Shown: positions 10,085 through 21,529, counted from the stretch's first letter. The stretch: 64,000 nt of DNA from a candidate division FCPU426 bacterium (GCA_963830915.1 CAWHOE010000064.1:128001-192000), one strand, 5' to 3'. Program-made: numbers and translations. Notes: generated from the sequence alone by a model not told the origin.

Positions 10085-12094
10085 ATGTCGGCAAATACCC
10101 CACGGTTGAACTTGGTACAAAAGATCATCAACGCCCACCTGGTCACGGGTAAACCCGTCGCCGGGGAGGAGATCGGCATCCGGATCGACCAGACCCTCAC
10201 CCAGGACGCTACCGGCACCATGGCTTACCTGCAATTCGAGGCCATGGGCATCCCCAAGGTCCAAACCAAGCTTTCCGTCTCCTATGTGGACCATAACATG
10301 CTCCAGACCGGCTTCGAGAACGCCGACGACCATCGCTACCTGCAGACCATCGCCTCCAAATACGGAATTTACTTCTCCCGGCCTGGCAACGGCATCTGCC
10401 ACCAGGTCCACCTGGAACGCTTCGGTGTCCCGGGCCAGACCCTTTTAGGCTCCGATTCCCACACCCCCACCTGCGGGGGCCTGGGCCAGTTGGCCATAGG
10501 CGCCGGCGGGTTGGACGTGGCTGTCGCCATGGGCGGTGGACCTTTCTTCATGACCATGCCCAAGGTATTGCGGGTGGAGCTGAAAGGTAAACTCCAGCCC
10601 TGGGTGACCGCCAAGGACATCATCCTGGAAGTCCTCAGGCGCCTGACTGTCAAGGGCGGGGTTGGCAAGATCCTGGAATATACCGGCCCCGGCGTGAAGA
10701 GCCTTTCCCTGACCGAGCGGGCCACCATTACCAATATGGGGGCTGAGCTAGGGGCCACTACCTCGGTCTTCCCCTCTGACGAGAATACCCGGGAATATAT
10801 GCAGGCCCAGGGAAGGGTCAAGTCCTGGACTCCCTTGGCCGCCGATACGGGCGCCGCTTATGACGAGGAACTCATCATCGACCTGAACAAGCTGGAGCCC
10901 CTCATCGCCCAGCCCCACGGGCCGGACAACGTTATCGAGGCCGGCAAGCTGAAGGACGTGGCCGTGGCCCAGGTTTGCGTGGGTTCCTGCACCAACAGCT
11001 CCTACCGGGACCTGATGATGGTCGCCAAGATATTGAAGGGTAAGCACGTGCATCCCGGGGTCTCCATGACCGTCACCCCGGGCTCCAAGCAGGTATTCGA
11101 GATGATCGCCCAGAACGGGGCCCTGGCCGATATCATCGCCGCCGGCGCCCGTATCCTGGAATCGGCTTGCGGACCTTGCATCGGCATGGGCCAGGCTCCC
11201 CCCTCGGGCGCTGTCTCCATCCGAAGCTTCAACCGCAACTTCGAGGGCCGGTCCGGGACCCGCGACGCCAAGGTCTACCTGGCCTCCCCGGAGCTCTGCG
11301 CGGCCTGCGCGTTGGAAGGCAAGATCATCGATCCCCGCAAATTGGGGAAATTGCCCAAGGTTACCGTCCCCGAGAAGTTCATGCTCGATGACGAAGGCAT
11401 CATCGCCCCCGCCCAGGACCCCAAGAAGGTCGAGGTCCTCCGGGGCCCGAACATCAAACCCTTGCCGGTCAACGCGCCCCTGGGCGACAAGATGGCGGGG
11501 CCGGTCCTTTTGAAGGTTCAGGACAACATCACCACCGACCACATCATGCCGGCGGGGTCCAAGGTATTGCCCTTAAGGTCCAATATCCCGGCCATTTCCG
11601 AGTATGTGTTCAATATCATCGATTCCACCTTCCCCAAACGCGCCAAGGAGGCCGGTGGCGGCTTCGTGGTGGGCGGGGAGAATTACGGACAGGGTTCCTC
11701 TAGGGAACACGCGGCCCTGGCCCCCATGTACTTGGGCCTGAAGGCGGTGCTGGTGAAGAGCTTCGCCCGCATCCACCGGGCCAACCTGATCAACTTCGGC
11801 ATCCTGCCCCTGACCTTCGTCACCCCGGCCGATTATGACACCGTCAACCAGGGCGACCAGTTCGAGATCCCGGACCTGAAGCAGGTCATCAAGGTGGACC
11901 ATCCCTTCCCGGTGAAGGACCTGACCACCGAGAAGTCCATCCAGGTGGTGCATAACCTGACCGAGCGCCAGAAGGACATCATCCTGGCGGGAGGCTTGTT
12001 GAATTACACCAAGCAGAAGAACGCCGAGGCGGCCGCCGCCGCGGTGAAACCCGCCAAGGCCCCCAAGGCCGCGGCGAAAGCCAAGAAGAAGTAA
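10085..12094 (+). CDS. acn: Aconitate hydratase
   Basis: QDATGTMA, GICHQVH, GSDSHT, GSCTNSS, CGPCIG, NRNFEGR, TTDHI, GQGSSREHAA; GGAGG RBS before ATG 10085. Confidence 0.93.
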   Translation: MSANTPRLNLVQKIINAHLVTGKPVAGEEIGIRIDQTLTQDATGTMAYLQFEAMGIPKVQTKLSVSYVDHNMLQTGFENADDHRYLQTIASKYGIYFSRPGNGICHQVHLERFGVPGQTLLGSDSHTPTCGGLGQLAIGAGGLDVAVAMGGGPFFMTMPKVLRVELKGKLQPWVTAKDIILEVLRRLTVKGGVGKILEYTGPGVKSLSLTERATITNMGAELGATTSVFPSDENTREYMQAQGRVKSWTPLAADTGAAYDEELIIDLNKLEPLIAQPHGPDNVIEAGKLKDVAVAQVCVGSCTNSSYRDLMMVAKILKGKHVHPGVSMTVTPGSKQVFEMIAQNGALADIIAAGARILESACGPCIGMGQAPPSGAVSIRSFNRNFEGRSGTRDAKVYLASPELCAACALEGKIIDPRKLGKLPKVTVPEKFMLDDEGIIAPAQDPKKVEVLRGPNIKPLPVNAPLGDKMAGPVLLKVQDNITTDHIMPAGSKVLPLRSNIPAISEYVFNIIDSTFPKRAKEAGGGFVVGGENYGQGSSREHAALAPMYLGLKAVLVKSFARIHRANLINFGILPLTFVTPADYDTVNQGDQFEIPDLKQVIKVDHPFPVKDLTTEKSIQVVHNLTERQKDIILAGGLLNYTKQKNAEAAAAAVKPAKAPKAAAKAKKK

Positions 12095-12115
12095 GCACAC
12101 CCGGGAGGGTTGAGG

Positions 12116-12343
12116 ATGTCCTTGGAAACATTGCCGTCTGGCACGCCTTTCGATCCGGCGGCCCATCCCAGGATGAACATCGACATTTCCGCCCGGAAGC
12201 CTGGTGACGTGGTCCTTTATACCGGACCGCATCTTTGTGTCACATGCGCCCAGGCTAACCGTATTACCAACCCCTATCTGAAGGCAGGGGATAGGGCTCC
12301 CGAGTGCCCCCATTGCGGCGCCCATGCCCGGTGGGAACCCTGA
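12116..12343 (+). CDS. Small zinc-ribbon protein
   Basis: CVTC...CPHC pair; follows aconitase with RBS. Confidence 0.6.
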   Translation: MSLETLPSGTPFDPAAHPRMNIDISARKPGDVVLYTGPHLCVTCAQANRITNPYLKAGDRAPECPHCGAHARWEP

Positions 12344-12452
12344 TTTTTCCCCCCATTGGACGGTTTCTAACCTCCTAAATCGTTGCTTATTGGTCTGATT
12401 TTATAAATAATGGAACGTTGTTTCGTTCATTCTTTCAAGTTCAGGGGTTGAA

Positions 12453-13388
12453 TTGGCGCACGATTTTACAATTACCTTCCGGGGGGTTCGGGGAAGCTTT
12501 CCCGTTCCAGGCCCGACAACGCTCAAGATCGGCGGAAATTCCTCCTGCGTCCAGGTGAATGTCCTGGACCATACGATCTTCCTGGACGCGGGCACCGGCC
12601 TGATCGGCGCGGGCCAGCAGATGGTCCGTAACTTCTTCGCCAACCGCGAAAAGCTCAAGCGTCTTTACGCGACCATCCTCATCTCCCACACCCATCACGA
12701 CCACATCATGGGTCTTCCCTTCTTTTCACCTCTTTATCTTGGCGACGCGCACATCTCCATTTTCGGCCCTTCCGTCTACGGCCCAGTAGAATCCAAGACC
12801 GACTTGCAGTACGTCCTGGAAATGATGATGGATCAGATGTTCTATCCCATCGACTTGAAGGAGACCAACTCGGTCAAGAACATTCAAACGCTGAAACCTT
12901 TCGACCAGGTCCTGCTTGCCGAGGGTGAGGCTGAGCCTGAGCTGGTGAATATCCAATCCGAGGTTAAGACCACTTTCAAGGATAAGGTCATCGTCAGCCA
13001 GTACCGGGCCTACAACCACCCGAAGAACGGCACCCTGGTCTATAAGCTCCAATACGCGGGGAAATCCATCGTATACGCCACCGACATCGAGGGTTACGTC
13101 GATGGCGACCGCCGGCTCATCCAGTTCTCACGCGGCGCGGACCTTCTCATCCATGACGCCCAGTACACCCATGAACAATACACCGGTCCGGTCCCGACCC
13201 AGGGATTCGGCCATTCCACTCCCGAGATGGCCTGCGCCGTGGCCCGGGAAGCGGGGGTCAAGCAGTTGGTCCTCTACCATCACGATCCAGGCCATGACGA
13301 CGCTTTCGTCTCCGAAAAGGAAGCTAACGCTAAAAAACTTTTCACCAATACCATCGTGGCATATGAGGGATTAACTATCCCGGTTTGA
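12453..13388 (+). CDS. MBL-fold metallo-hydrolase (RNase Z-like)
   Basis: GVRGSFPVPG, DAGTG, SHTHHDH, HDAQY, GHS, YHHDP. Confidence 0.9.
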   Translation: MAHDFTITFRGVRGSFPVPGPTTLKIGGNSSCVQVNVLDHTIFLDAGTGLIGAGQQMVRNFFANREKLKRLYATILISHTHHDHIMGLPFFSPLYLGDAHISIFGPSVYGPVESKTDLQYVLEMMMDQMFYPIDLKETNSVKNIQTLKPFDQVLLAEGEAEPELVNIQSEVKTTFKDKVIVSQYRAYNHPKNGTLVYKLQYAGKSIVYATDIEGYVDGDRRLIQFSRGADLLIHDAQYTHEQYTGPVPTQGFGHSTPEMACAVAREAGVKQLVLYHHDPGHDDAFVSEKEANAKKLFTNTIVAYEGLTIPV

Positions 13389-13500
13389 TTAAAAATCCTT
13401 GAATCCCTGTCGTAAGGGGACGAAGGTCTCACCATCCCCGTTTATTTCCAGACAAAGCTCCGCCCTCAGTTGTGATCACTCATTTAAATCTTTGGGTGTT

Positions 13501-14181
13501 TCAGTTGGTTTTGTATTTTTCGATCTTGGCTTCCAGGTCGGCCAGCTCATCCTCGGTAGGTTCCACGCTCATTTCCAGCATATCCGACATCTGGCTGAAA
13601 ATATCGAACAGGACCGACCAGAGTTCCTCCCGCGAGAGGTTCTCCTGACAGATGAAATAACGCAGGAATAATTGGAACCGGATGCTGTTCTCGAACAGGT
13701 TGAGGCACTGCACGCCCAGCAGGTCCGTCGAGACCAGTGAGAAGGTCTTCAGGACCACCTCAACCTCGTCGAAGATGGTCTTGAGCATGTCGCGGATGTC
13801 GATGCCCTGGATGGCGTCGTAATAGACCGTGTCGAAATCCTCACGGACCAATCCCGGGCGGGACAGTTCGTCGAACCGGCGGAAAACGTCCTGGAATTTC
13901 CGTCCGCTGTCCTGGACCGCCTCCACCAGCCCCACCAGCTCCGCCACCTGGGGCAGGAAGTTCTTTTTGTTCAATTCTCGGTTGGTCGCCAGCTCGTTGA
14001 TGAATTGGATGTAATGGTAGGTACTGTTGGAGCAAAGCTCGAAAGCCTCGCCCAGGTCGTGGATCATCCCCTCGGGGGCCTTGCCTTGCTTCAGTTGTTT
14101 TTCGACGCGCTGCCGGAAATTGTCCTCCGGCTTCCAGCCTTTGACGCTCTCGAGAAATTGTTCGGGTGTGATCTGGTCCAT
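13501..14181 (-). CDS. Hypothetical protein
   Basis: 226-aa ORF with host-like codon usage, helical and acidic. Confidence 0.7.
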   Translation of the reverse strand: MDQITPEQFLESVKGWKPEDNFRQRVEKQLKQGKAPEGMIHDLGEAFELCSNSTYHYIQFINELATNRELNKKNFLPQVAELVGLVEAVQDSGRKFQDVFRRFDELSRPGLVREDFDTVYYDAIQGIDIRDMLKTIFDEVEVVLKTFSLVSTDLLGVQCLNLFENSIRFQLFLRYFICQENLSREELWSVLFDIFSQMSDMLEMSVEPTEDELADLEAKIEKYKTN

Positions 14182-14243
14182 GACGGGGTTATTTCACCAT
14201 TAAGCCGGGGCTTTTTCCATTAAGAAACCAACGAAAACCAATT

Positions 14244-14355
14244 AACCACCAAGGTCACCAAGACCACCAAGAAAGACAAAGAGGGCCTTTTTCAAATACT
14301 TTAGAGAATCATTGGTTTTAATTTATTCTTGGTGAACTTGGTGCCCTTGGTGGTA
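14244..14355. repeat. Small intergenic inverted-repeat element with 9-bp subrepeats
   Basis: AACCACCAAGGTCACCAAGACCACCAAGAA ... TTCTTGGTGAACTTGGTGCCCTTGGTGGTA. Confidence 0.75.
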
Positions 14356-14359
14356 AAAA

Positions 14360-15214
14360 TTATCTTTGCTTTTGTCTGATGGTTTTTATCCGGTCCCGGA
14401 GTTTCTCCAGGAATTGGTAAGGCGGGCGCCCCTGCCCCAACTGGATGCCGGGCTTGTGGTCCCCATGGAAGTCGCTTCCTCCCGTGGTCAGCAACCCGAA
14501 CTCCTTGGCCAAAGCCGCGTAGGTCCTTTGGTTCTCCGGGTTGTGGTCCGGATGGACCACTTCCAATCCGTCCATCCCCAGGGCGGCCAATTCCTTGACC
14601 ATCCGGCGTAGGTCCTCGCCCTTCAATTTCATCTGTACCGGGTGGGCGACGACCGCCGCTCCCCCCGACCCATGGATCATCTCGACGCATTCCTCGACCG
14701 ACCAGGCCGCCTTGGACACATAGGCCGGAGCGCCCTTGGTCAGGTATTTATGGAAAGCTTCCTCATAGGAGGCCACGTATCCCTTGGAGTGCAGAGCCCG
14801 GGCGATATGAGGCCGGCCGATCTGTCCTTTGGCCTGGCTTATCTGCTGGACCTCCAGCAGGGTCAGGTCCATGCCCAACTCCTTAAGCTTCTCCAGGATG
14901 CGGGGATTGCGTTCCGCCCTGGCCTTTTGGAACTTTTTCAGTTTATCCCTCATGGGGCCGTCCTGGTCGAAACCGTAACCCAGGATATGAAGGGTGCCTG
15001 GCTGGAATTGGGCTGAGAGCTCTACCCCGGCGATGACTTCCAGACCGAGCTTGTTCATTTCCTCGACCAACTGGGGAATGCCGTCGATGGTGTCATGGTC
15101 CGTCAGGGCGACCGCGTCAACAGCCTGGGCCTTCGCCAGGTTGGCCAACTCGACCGGGTTCAGTGTCCCGTCCGAATGGTTGGTATGCATGTGCAGGTCC
15201 GCGACGGTTTTCAT
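14360..15214 (-). CDS. PHP domain phosphoesterase (YciV/TrpH-like)
   Basis: DLHMHTNHSDG, ALTDHDT, GRPH, AHP, GGSDFHG. Confidence 0.92.
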   Translation of the reverse strand: MKTVADLHMHTNHSDGTLNPVELANLAKAQAVDAVALTDHDTIDGIPQLVEEMNKLGLEVIAGVELSAQFQPGTLHILGYGFDQDGPMRDKLKKFQKARAERNPRILEKLKELGMDLTLLEVQQISQAKGQIGRPHIARALHSKGYVASYEEAFHKYLTKGAPAYVSKAAWSVEECVEMIHGSGGAAVVAHPVQMKLKGEDLRRMVKELAALGMDGLEVVHPDHNPENQRTYAALAKEFGLLTTGGSDFHGDHKPGIQLGQGRPPYQFLEKLRDRIKTIRQKQR

Positions 15215-15235
15215 CTTCTCCCCTTAAAAACTATT

Positions 15236-15364
15236 AACCACAGATGCACACAGATTTGGCTAAAGACGAATTCGGATCAAACCTCACAGATTCTTTTAAC
15301 CCTTTTAATTTGTATTTGCTGAATCTAAATCCGTATCTGTGTTTATCTGTGTCCATCTGTGGTT
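15236..15364. repeat. Small intergenic inverted-repeat element
   Basis: AACCACAGATGCACACAGAT ... ATCTGTGTTTATCTGTGTCCATCTGTGGTT. Confidence 0.75.
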
Positions 15365-15410
15365 ACTGAACTTTGGTGGCGGTATTATTCGGGAAAGGAC
15401 CTCTCGAAAG

Positions 15411-17681
15411 CTATCCCTGGGCCTTCAAAAATCGGATATTTCCCCATCCCAAAAGGCCCAGAAGGATGAAAAACACCCAGGACAGGATCGATATCCACTT
15501 CCCCGCTTCCAGACCCCGGGGGCTGTATTCCAGGATGAAATGGTGGTTTCCCGCGGTAAGGGGGATCCCCCTTTGGAAACCATTGGCAGGCAGGACCTCA
15601 TAAGAGGTTTGGGCGGTGGGGTCAAGGGGCGAGACTTTCCAACCCTTGCTGTAGTTATCGCTTATTACCAACAGCGCCGGTTGGGTCGTCTGGGCCGTGA
15701 CCTCGATCCGATCGGACGATAGGTCCTTCACTTCGACCTGGCCAGAAGCCCCCAGATCGTTCGACTTGAATCCCGGATCGGTCTCCAGGTAAGCGGTCTT
15801 TTTAAAATCAAAGGCCGGGTCCTTGAGGCGGTCATTGATCATCTCGGGCGGGCATATCTCCCAATGGCCCACCAACAGCGCCCTGGGCATGGGGTCGAAC
15901 GGCATTTTCTCCGCTTCCAGCAGGTCACCCTTCTCACGAAAGACCACTTTCAACCGGGTCAAAGCCAGGGCGTTCGGGTAGGTCCAGAAGAGGGGTTTAT
16001 CCAAGATGTGGGAAAAAACTTCTTTGCCCTGGGTAAAGGCGACGAAGCCGGCGTATCGCAGGGGGATCATGGGGTCGTTACCCCAGATATCCCCGCCGGT
16101 CGTGCCCAGGGTGATATTGGACGCGTCCAGCAATACCCGGTAATCGCCCGGGTCCTGGTCATAGACCTTCTGGATCTGGGCGACCTTTCCCTTCAGGTCC
16201 TGATAACTGAATGAGATAAGGTTCCCGCCAGCGAAGCAAAGCAATTCGACCAACGCCAGCGCCAGGAACCCGTATTTGGCGTTGGGAAATTTTTCACTCG
16301 CTCGGCAAAGGATAAAGAGGACTGCCAGTACAAACGCGCATAGCAGGAAACTCCAGGCCATCTCGCCCGAGTGTCCGCCGAACTTTCCCAAGCCCTTGCC
16401 ATGGCCCCAATTCACCAATATCCAAACCAAGCCTGAGAGAGCACCAAAAACCAGTGAGCCGATCAAAGTTCCTTTCGCCAAACCCTTCAGGCTGGTCCCC
16501 TTCATGACCTCGTCCATCCCCATGGCGGCCAGGGCGACCAGGCAAAGGGTGATGAGGATGTTAAGCTTCCCCACTCCCCGGAAGTTGGCGAACATGGGCA
16601 GATGGTCCAAAAGGAAACCGAATAGGGGCGTGCGTTTCCCCACGGCGACGAGGGTGATCAAGATAGCCATCCCCCCGAATATTTTCTTTTCAGGATGGGG
16701 GGAAACCTTCAGGGCAAAGAGCGCCAGCACGAAAGCCGTCACGCTCACGAACATGGCGCCTTCCCAATACATGCCGCCGCCCCAATAACCGCCCTCCTGC
16801 CAATGGCCGAAGAAGTTCGGCATCAAGAGGCACCACAATCTTTCGGGGGTCATGTCCGCCGTGTCCAGGATATCCATCGAGAGGCGTTTACCCCTCACGC
16901 TCTCCCACGCCGCGTCCCAACCGGCCAGCAGCTGGACAGCGGTCAACAAACCCGCCCCCAGATACATCACTCCCCAGCCTACGAAACAGGAAATCTTTTT
17001 TTCCGTCCTGGGCCAGCCCAGCAAAAGGTACAAACCCAGGAACAGGGTCATGTAGTAGACATACTGCACATGTCCCGCCAGGATCATCATGGCGATGGCG
17101 AAAGCTCCCAGCCAAATCCAGCGGATCTTCCGATGGTCCCGCCATTTTTCCACCGCCGCCAGGACCAAGGGTATCCAAGCCATGGAAGAAAGGTTGGGCA
17201 GGTGTCCGGGAATGAGATGGAGGAAATAAGCCGCGCCGAACATGACCATGAAGGAGCCCATCAGGGCGGAGGCTTCGTGATTGCCCCTTCTTCTCAGCCA
17301 ATAGCGGGTGAACCAGCCAGCCAGAAAAACGTGAAGGGCGATGCTCAGGTTCAGGGCGAAGGCCAGGGGAAGGACCATGAAAAGCCAGTTGGGCGGATAA
17401 AGAAGGGCAGATTGGAAACCGCCGAAGAAGGGCGCCCCGCAGAAGAGATGGGGGTTCCAGAGGGCCAGGTGGCCTTTTTTCAGTTCCTCAAAACCGAACT
17501 GCCTCCACCAGACGAACTGGTCCGAAAGGTCCAGCCCCATATCGGACAGAATTCGGTCAGTATGGGGATTTAGATAAGGAAAGAAGAGGCCGGCGGTGAT
17601 CAGGAGAAGGAAAAAGACGGGAGCGGAACCCTTGAAATAAAGGTCCCAGGAGAACAACGAAGGTCGGTCTTTATTCGTCAC
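15411..17681 (-). CDS. YfhO-like GT-C membrane glycosyltransferase
   Basis: [18 protein letters not shown], many TM helices, C-terminal [13 protein letters not shown]...[10 protein letters not shown]. Confidence 0.8.
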   Translation of the reverse strand: MTNKDRPSLFSWDLYFKGSAPVFFLLLITAGLFFPYLNPHTDRILSDMGLDLSDQFVWWRQFGFEELKKGHLALWNPHLFCGAPFFGGFQSALLYPPNWLFMVLPLAFALNLSIALHVFLAGWFTRYWLRRRGNHEASALMGSFMVMFGAAYFLHLIPGHLPNLSSMAWIPLVLAAVEKWRDHRKIRWIWLGAFAIAMMILAGHVQYVYYMTLFLGLYLLLGWPRTEKKISCFVGWGVMYLGAGLLTAVQLLAGWDAAWESVRGKRLSMDILDTADMTPERLWCLLMPNFFGHWQEGGYWGGGMYWEGAMFVSVTAFVLALFALKVSPHPEKKIFGGMAILITLVAVGKRTPLFGFLLDHLPMFANFRGVGKLNILITLCLVALAAMGMDEVMKGTSLKGLAKGTLIGSLVFGALSGLVWILVNWGHGKGLGKFGGHSGEMAWSFLLCAFVLAVLFILCRASEKFPNAKYGFLALALVELLCFAGGNLISFSYQDLKGKVAQIQKVYDQDPGDYRVLLDASNITLGTTGGDIWGNDPMIPLRYAGFVAFTQGKEVFSHILDKPLFWTYPNALALTRLKVVFREKGDLLEAEKMPFDPMPRALLVGHWEICPPEMINDRLKDPAFDFKKTAYLETDPGFKSNDLGASGQVEVKDLSSDRIEVTAQTTQPALLVISDNYSKGWKVSPLDPTAQTSYEVLPANGFQRGIPLTAGNHHFILEYSPRGLEAGKWISILSWVFFILLGLLGWGNIRFLKAQG

Positions 17682-18225
17682 TTTTGGACAGGTATCCCAG
17701 TTCTTCGAGCTTCGCGATGACCTTATCGACGCATTCGTCGATCGATTCCTTGTTCGTATAGCAGACCACTTCGGGTTTCAAAGGAGGCTCATAAGGGTCG
17801 CTGACACCGGTGAAATTCTTGATCTCGCCCGCCACGGCCTTCTGGTAGAGGCCCTTGATATCCCTCTGGGCGCAAACTTCCACGGGACACTCGGTGTAGA
17901 CCTCGACGAACCGGCGGATCTTCCGTCGGTTATAGTCCCGCATCTCGCGGTAGGGGGAAATGACCGAAGCGATGGCTCCCACGCCGTGACGGGTCAGGAG
18001 CTGGCAGACGAACCCCACCCTTTTGACGTTCTCGTCCCGGTCCTCCCGGGAGAAGGTGAGACCCTTGGAAAGGTTGGTCCTGACGACGTCCCCGTCCAGC
18101 AGTTCGTGGGGGATGCCCATGTGTTCCAGGCGCATGGAAACCCGCTCAGAGATGGTCGATTTACCCGACCCTGAGAGTCCCGTGAACCAGAGTGTGAAAC
18201 CCTTGTATTTTCCCTCACCCGCCAT
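17671..18225 (-). CDS. cysC: Adenylyl-sulfate kinase
   Basis: [37 protein letters not shown]. Confidence 0.95.
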   Translation of the reverse strand: MAGEGKYKGFTLWFTGLSGSGKSTISERVSMRLEHMGIPHELLDGDVVRTNLSKGLTFSREDRDENVKRVGFVCQLLTRHGVGAIASVISPYREMRDYNRRKIRRFVEVYTECPVEVCAQRDIKGLYQKAVAGEIKNFTGVSDPYEPPLKPEVVCYTNKESIDECVDKVIAKLEELGYLSKSDE

Positions 18226-18388
18226 TGGCTAGCCTTTTGATTGGGATAACATCAAATTAGTTTGGCACTTAGTATAAATCAAGACTGAGAGGATACCCGT
18301 AAAATATGCCGCTCAGGCCTCGTAGACAGCCAAAAGGGCTTTGGGTAGACTAACCAAGCTAATCCATCAATGAATCAGGGGGAGATTT

Positions 18389-19324
18389 ATGTCAAGTCAA
18401 CGTCCGAAGATCACGGTAGTCGGGGCCGGTAACGTCGGGGCGTCCTGCGCGGCCTGGATGGCCGAAAGGGCCCTGGGGGATATCGTCCTTCTGGACATTC
18501 CCGCCACCAAGGACATGCCCAAAGGCAAGGCCCTGGACCTTCAGCAAGTGGGCCCCATCTCGGGCTACAACACCCACCTGACCGGCACCACCGATTACGC
18601 CGATACCGCCCATTCGGATGTCTGCGTCATTACCGCCGGCGTTCCCCGCAAGCCCGGCATGAGCCGTGAAAACCTGGTCGCCATCAACCAGGGCATCGTG
18701 GCGGAAGTTTCCAAGAAATTGGTCTCTCTGTCACCCGACACTATCCTCATCGTTGTCACCAACCCGCTGGATACCATGTGCTATGTGGCCTATAAGGCCG
18801 CGGGCTTGCCTAAGCACCGGGTCATGGGCCAAGCCGGCATGTTGGACTCGGCCCGCATGAGGACTTTCTTAGCCATGGCCGCGGAAGTGGCGGTCGAGAA
18901 CGTGACAGCCGGTGTCATCGGCGGCCACGGGGATGAGATGGTCCCGTTGGTTCGTTATTCCACCATCGCTGGCGTTCCTGTTTCCAACATCTTGAAAGCC
19001 GACCAGATCACTGCCATCGTCGAGCGCACCCGCAAGGGCGGAGGCGAATTGGTGAATTTGTTGGGTATCTCCGCCTGGTACGCGCCCGGCGCCGCCGCCG
19101 GTTCCATGGTGGAAGCCATCTTGAAGGATAAGAAACTGGTCGTTCCCTGCTCCGCTTACCTGGAAGGCGAATACGGCTTGAAAAACATGTATTTCGGGGT
19201 CTATTGCAAGCTGGGCCGCAAGGGATTGGAGCAGATCATCGAGGTTCCGTTGAACGATGAGGAAAAGGCGATGGTGAATAAATCAGCGTCCCTCATCCAG
19301 GACACGATGAAAGCCTTAAAATAA
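18389..19324 (+). CDS. mdh: Malate dehydrogenase (LDH-like)
   Basis: GAGNVG, AGVPRKPGMSR, VTNPLD, LDSAR, GGHGD. Confidence 0.95.
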   Translation: MSSQRPKITVVGAGNVGASCAAWMAERALGDIVLLDIPATKDMPKGKALDLQQVGPISGYNTHLTGTTDYADTAHSDVCVITAGVPRKPGMSRENLVAINQGIVAEVSKKLVSLSPDTILIVVTNPLDTMCYVAYKAAGLPKHRVMGQAGMLDSARMRTFLAMAAEVAVENVTAGVIGGHGDEMVPLVRYSTIAGVPVSNILKADQITAIVERTRKGGGELVNLLGISAWYAPGAAAGSMVEAILKDKKLVVPCSAYLEGEYGLKNMYFGVYCKLGRKGLEQIIEVPLNDEEKAMVNKSASLIQDTMKALK

Positions 19325-19343
19325 AAAGCAAGACTGTTTCATA

Positions 19344-19436
19344 GCCACAGATGCATGGGATGCACGCAGATTGTTAAAGGAAAGATCTTTAAATATTTGT
19401 GTATTTGAAATCCAATGAATCCCATGAATCTGTGGC
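19344..19436. repeat. Small intergenic inverted-repeat element
   Basis: GCCACAGATGCATGGGAT ... ATCCCATGAATCTGTGGC; same arms as 23798-23884. Confidence 0.8.
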
Positions 19437-19477
19437 CAATTGTTGTTTTTGGCTGAAAGGTTTCTATGGCCTCTGGT

Positions 19478-19894
19478 ATGAAAAACGAATCCAAGTCCAT
19501 TCACCTCCCCACCCGCGGGGGAAGCCAGATCATCGATGTGACCGCTGAAGTCCAATCCTTCCTATCCTCCATCAAGGCCCGTCAGGGTATCGTCAACGTT
19601 TCGGTCGTCGGTTCTACCGCCGGTATCACCACCATGGAATTTGAGCCGGGTTTGGTGAAAGACATCCCCCAGATGTTGGATAAGCTTGCGCCCGAAGGCC
19701 GTTATCACCATGACGACACCTGGAACGACGGCAATGGTCATTCTCACCTGAGGTCTTCCCTCATCGGCACCAGCCAAACCTTTCCCGTTCTGGAAGGCCA
19801 AGCCGCGCTTGGCACCTGGCAGCAAATCGTGCTTATCGATTTCGATAACCGCGCCAGAAAACGTCAGGTCGTCATTCAGTATTTGGGAGATTGA
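19478..19894 (+). CDS. YjbQ (UPF0047) family protein
   Basis: GSTAGITTME, NGHSHLRSSLIG, LGTWQQI. Confidence 0.92.
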   Translation: MKNESKSIHLPTRGGSQIIDVTAEVQSFLSSIKARQGIVNVSVVGSTAGITTMEFEPGLVKDIPQMLDKLAPEGRYHHDDTWNDGNGHSHLRSSLIGTSQTFPVLEGQAALGTWQQIVLIDFDNRARKRQVVIQYLGD

Positions 19895-19927
19895 AATCAA
19901 TTTGCTCTTATAACAAAAGGAGAAAAA

Positions 19928-20674
19928 ATGTTTTCTAAACCAGGCCATCTATTTTGGATTTTGTTATTCGTAAATCTTTTATTTTTTTATACAACTTCTT
20001 ATGCCGTACCTGCGTTAGTTCCTGATATTAATTCAGTTTGTTCCGTCAAACTGATAAACGGTCAAATAATTAATGGCTATATTAGAATTGCAATAGGTGG
20101 CGAACGTAATCATTTTGCAAGTAATGGATTTCTATTTTTAAGAGATGGCCAAATTGTTGGCGTTTCTATTTTTAATTGGGATTATCAAGGGGATCAATTA
20201 AATAAAAAGAAACAACTTATTCAAACATTTTTCCTTTTATCAAATATGGGAAGTTCAGAAGAAAGAGAGCCGGGGGAGAACTTTACCGGTCACTTGGATT
20301 TGGATAAAAAAACATTAGATAGAACAATAGAGTTTAGAAAATCGTACCGTATTCAAGACTATATAGATGTTTACAAGAAACTCCCCAAGTATGGTGTTTT
20401 AAATTCGGATGAAAAAGACAAAGGCTTAATCGAACGCATACCTGTTAATCAGATTGAAAAATTTGATCTCATTAGAAAACCAAATCAAAATCAAAAAAAA
20501 GAAATCGAAGAGGCTGAAAAAGAGTGCGGCGCCTTAGCTGATGATGACGATTATGGATTCAATCCTATTATGTGGCTAAAGGAAGGAAGTTGGTACCCAG
20601 AAATGCCTTTTTCAATGGATTTGTACGACCCTAACAATAAAATTCACGAAGGCTGGTATAGAGATCAACAATAG
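19928..20674 (+). CDS. AT-rich exported hypothetical protein
   Basis: Signal-peptide-like N-terminus, AGGAG RBS, strongly AT-rich versus neighbours. Confidence 0.7.
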   Translation: MFSKPGHLFWILLFVNLLFFYTTSYAVPALVPDINSVCSVKLINGQIINGYIRIAIGGERNHFASNGFLFLRDGQIVGVSIFNWDYQGDQLNKKKQLIQTFFLLSNMGSSEEREPGENFTGHLDLDKKTLDRTIEFRKSYRIQDYIDVYKKLPKYGVLNSDEKDKGLIERIPVNQIEKFDLIRKPNQNQKKEIEEAEKECGALADDDDYGFNPIMWLKEGSWYPEMPFSMDLYDPNNKIHEGWYRDQQ

Positions 20675-20805
20675 ATAATTTTTTCGTCTTCTTAACAGCC
20701 GCAATTTATTACAAATGGTGTCCTATTCTCGGCATATCTCAAATTTAACAGTTCGCAAATCGTTCGGAATGGAGAGCCATTTATACTCATTTGTGGGCCG
20801 TCGAT

Positions 20806-20929
20806 AAACTCACAGCAAACTCGTATGTAATATAAAATGCCTTTAGTAAATCCTGATAAAACCACTTCAGAAATGAGCGACTTGCCGAACGAACCCATCC
20901 ACCTAGTCATCGGTACCCCCTGCTACGGC
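20806..20929 (+). repeat. Direct repeat copy 1 (upstream region plus first 16 codons of the 22191 gene)
   Basis: Similar to 22116-22238; 55 bp (20875-20929) identical to 22184-22238. Confidence 0.9.
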
Positions 20930-20935
20930 AGACCA

Positions 20936-21529
20936 TCAACTTCGAACAAAATCCAATAGCAACTTAAAGTCTCCCTTATCCGCCGCCTTGAGCGCCGCTA
21001 AATATTCATCCCGGGTTGTTCCCGCTGTGTCGATGGGACCGCTTTCCGATTTTCCACCCCAAGTGAAAACCTTTTGGCCATTGGTTCTCATCAGAATATC
21101 CGTCGCCAACCGGGCGTGCCGGCCATTGCCATTGGGGAACGGATGTATCGCAACAAGCCGATGATGAAACCGAACTCCTATTTCATCCCACGGGTAGGTC
21201 TTATTCTTGATCCAAAATTGGGTGTCCTCACAAAGTTTTTTGATCTCCACAGGGATTTGTTCCGCTGACACACCCAGATTCTTCAGGCTCTTTCGGTACT
21301 TCCCCGCCCATTTCCAAACATCCTTGAACATCCTCTTATGGAGTTCCCGTAAGAAAGCATCGGTCAGAAGATCCGGTTGAGAGCGACCCATAACCCAGGT
21401 CATGGCTTCCAATATATTGGCCTGTTCAACTTGGTTCAGTTCGCTTTGTGTTGTGACGTAACGGGGTATTAGCTCAGCCATTTCATCTGGGTCTAAAGGT
21501 GTATTGCCAGGTGTCGGATTCTCAATCAT
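20936..21529 (-). CDS. Fic-domain 'mobile mystery protein B'
   Basis: HPFPNGNGRHAR Fic motif; GNTPLDPDE and LHKRMFKDVWKWAG. Confidence 0.9.
   Translation of the reverse strand: MIENPTPGNTPLDPDEMAELIPRYVTTQSELNQVEQANILEAMTWVMGRSQPDLLTDAFLRELHKRMFKDVWKWAGKYRKSLKNLGVSAEQIPVEIKKLCEDTQFWIKNKTYPWDEIGVRFHHRLVAIHPFPNGNGRHARLATDILMRTNGQKVFTWGGKSESGPIDTAGTTRDEYLAALKAADKGDFKLLLDFVRS

Noticed and set aside
18261..18280. Sigma54 promoter (TTGGCAC) upstream of mdh
   Set aside because: The -12 TTGC element is missing at the required spacing.
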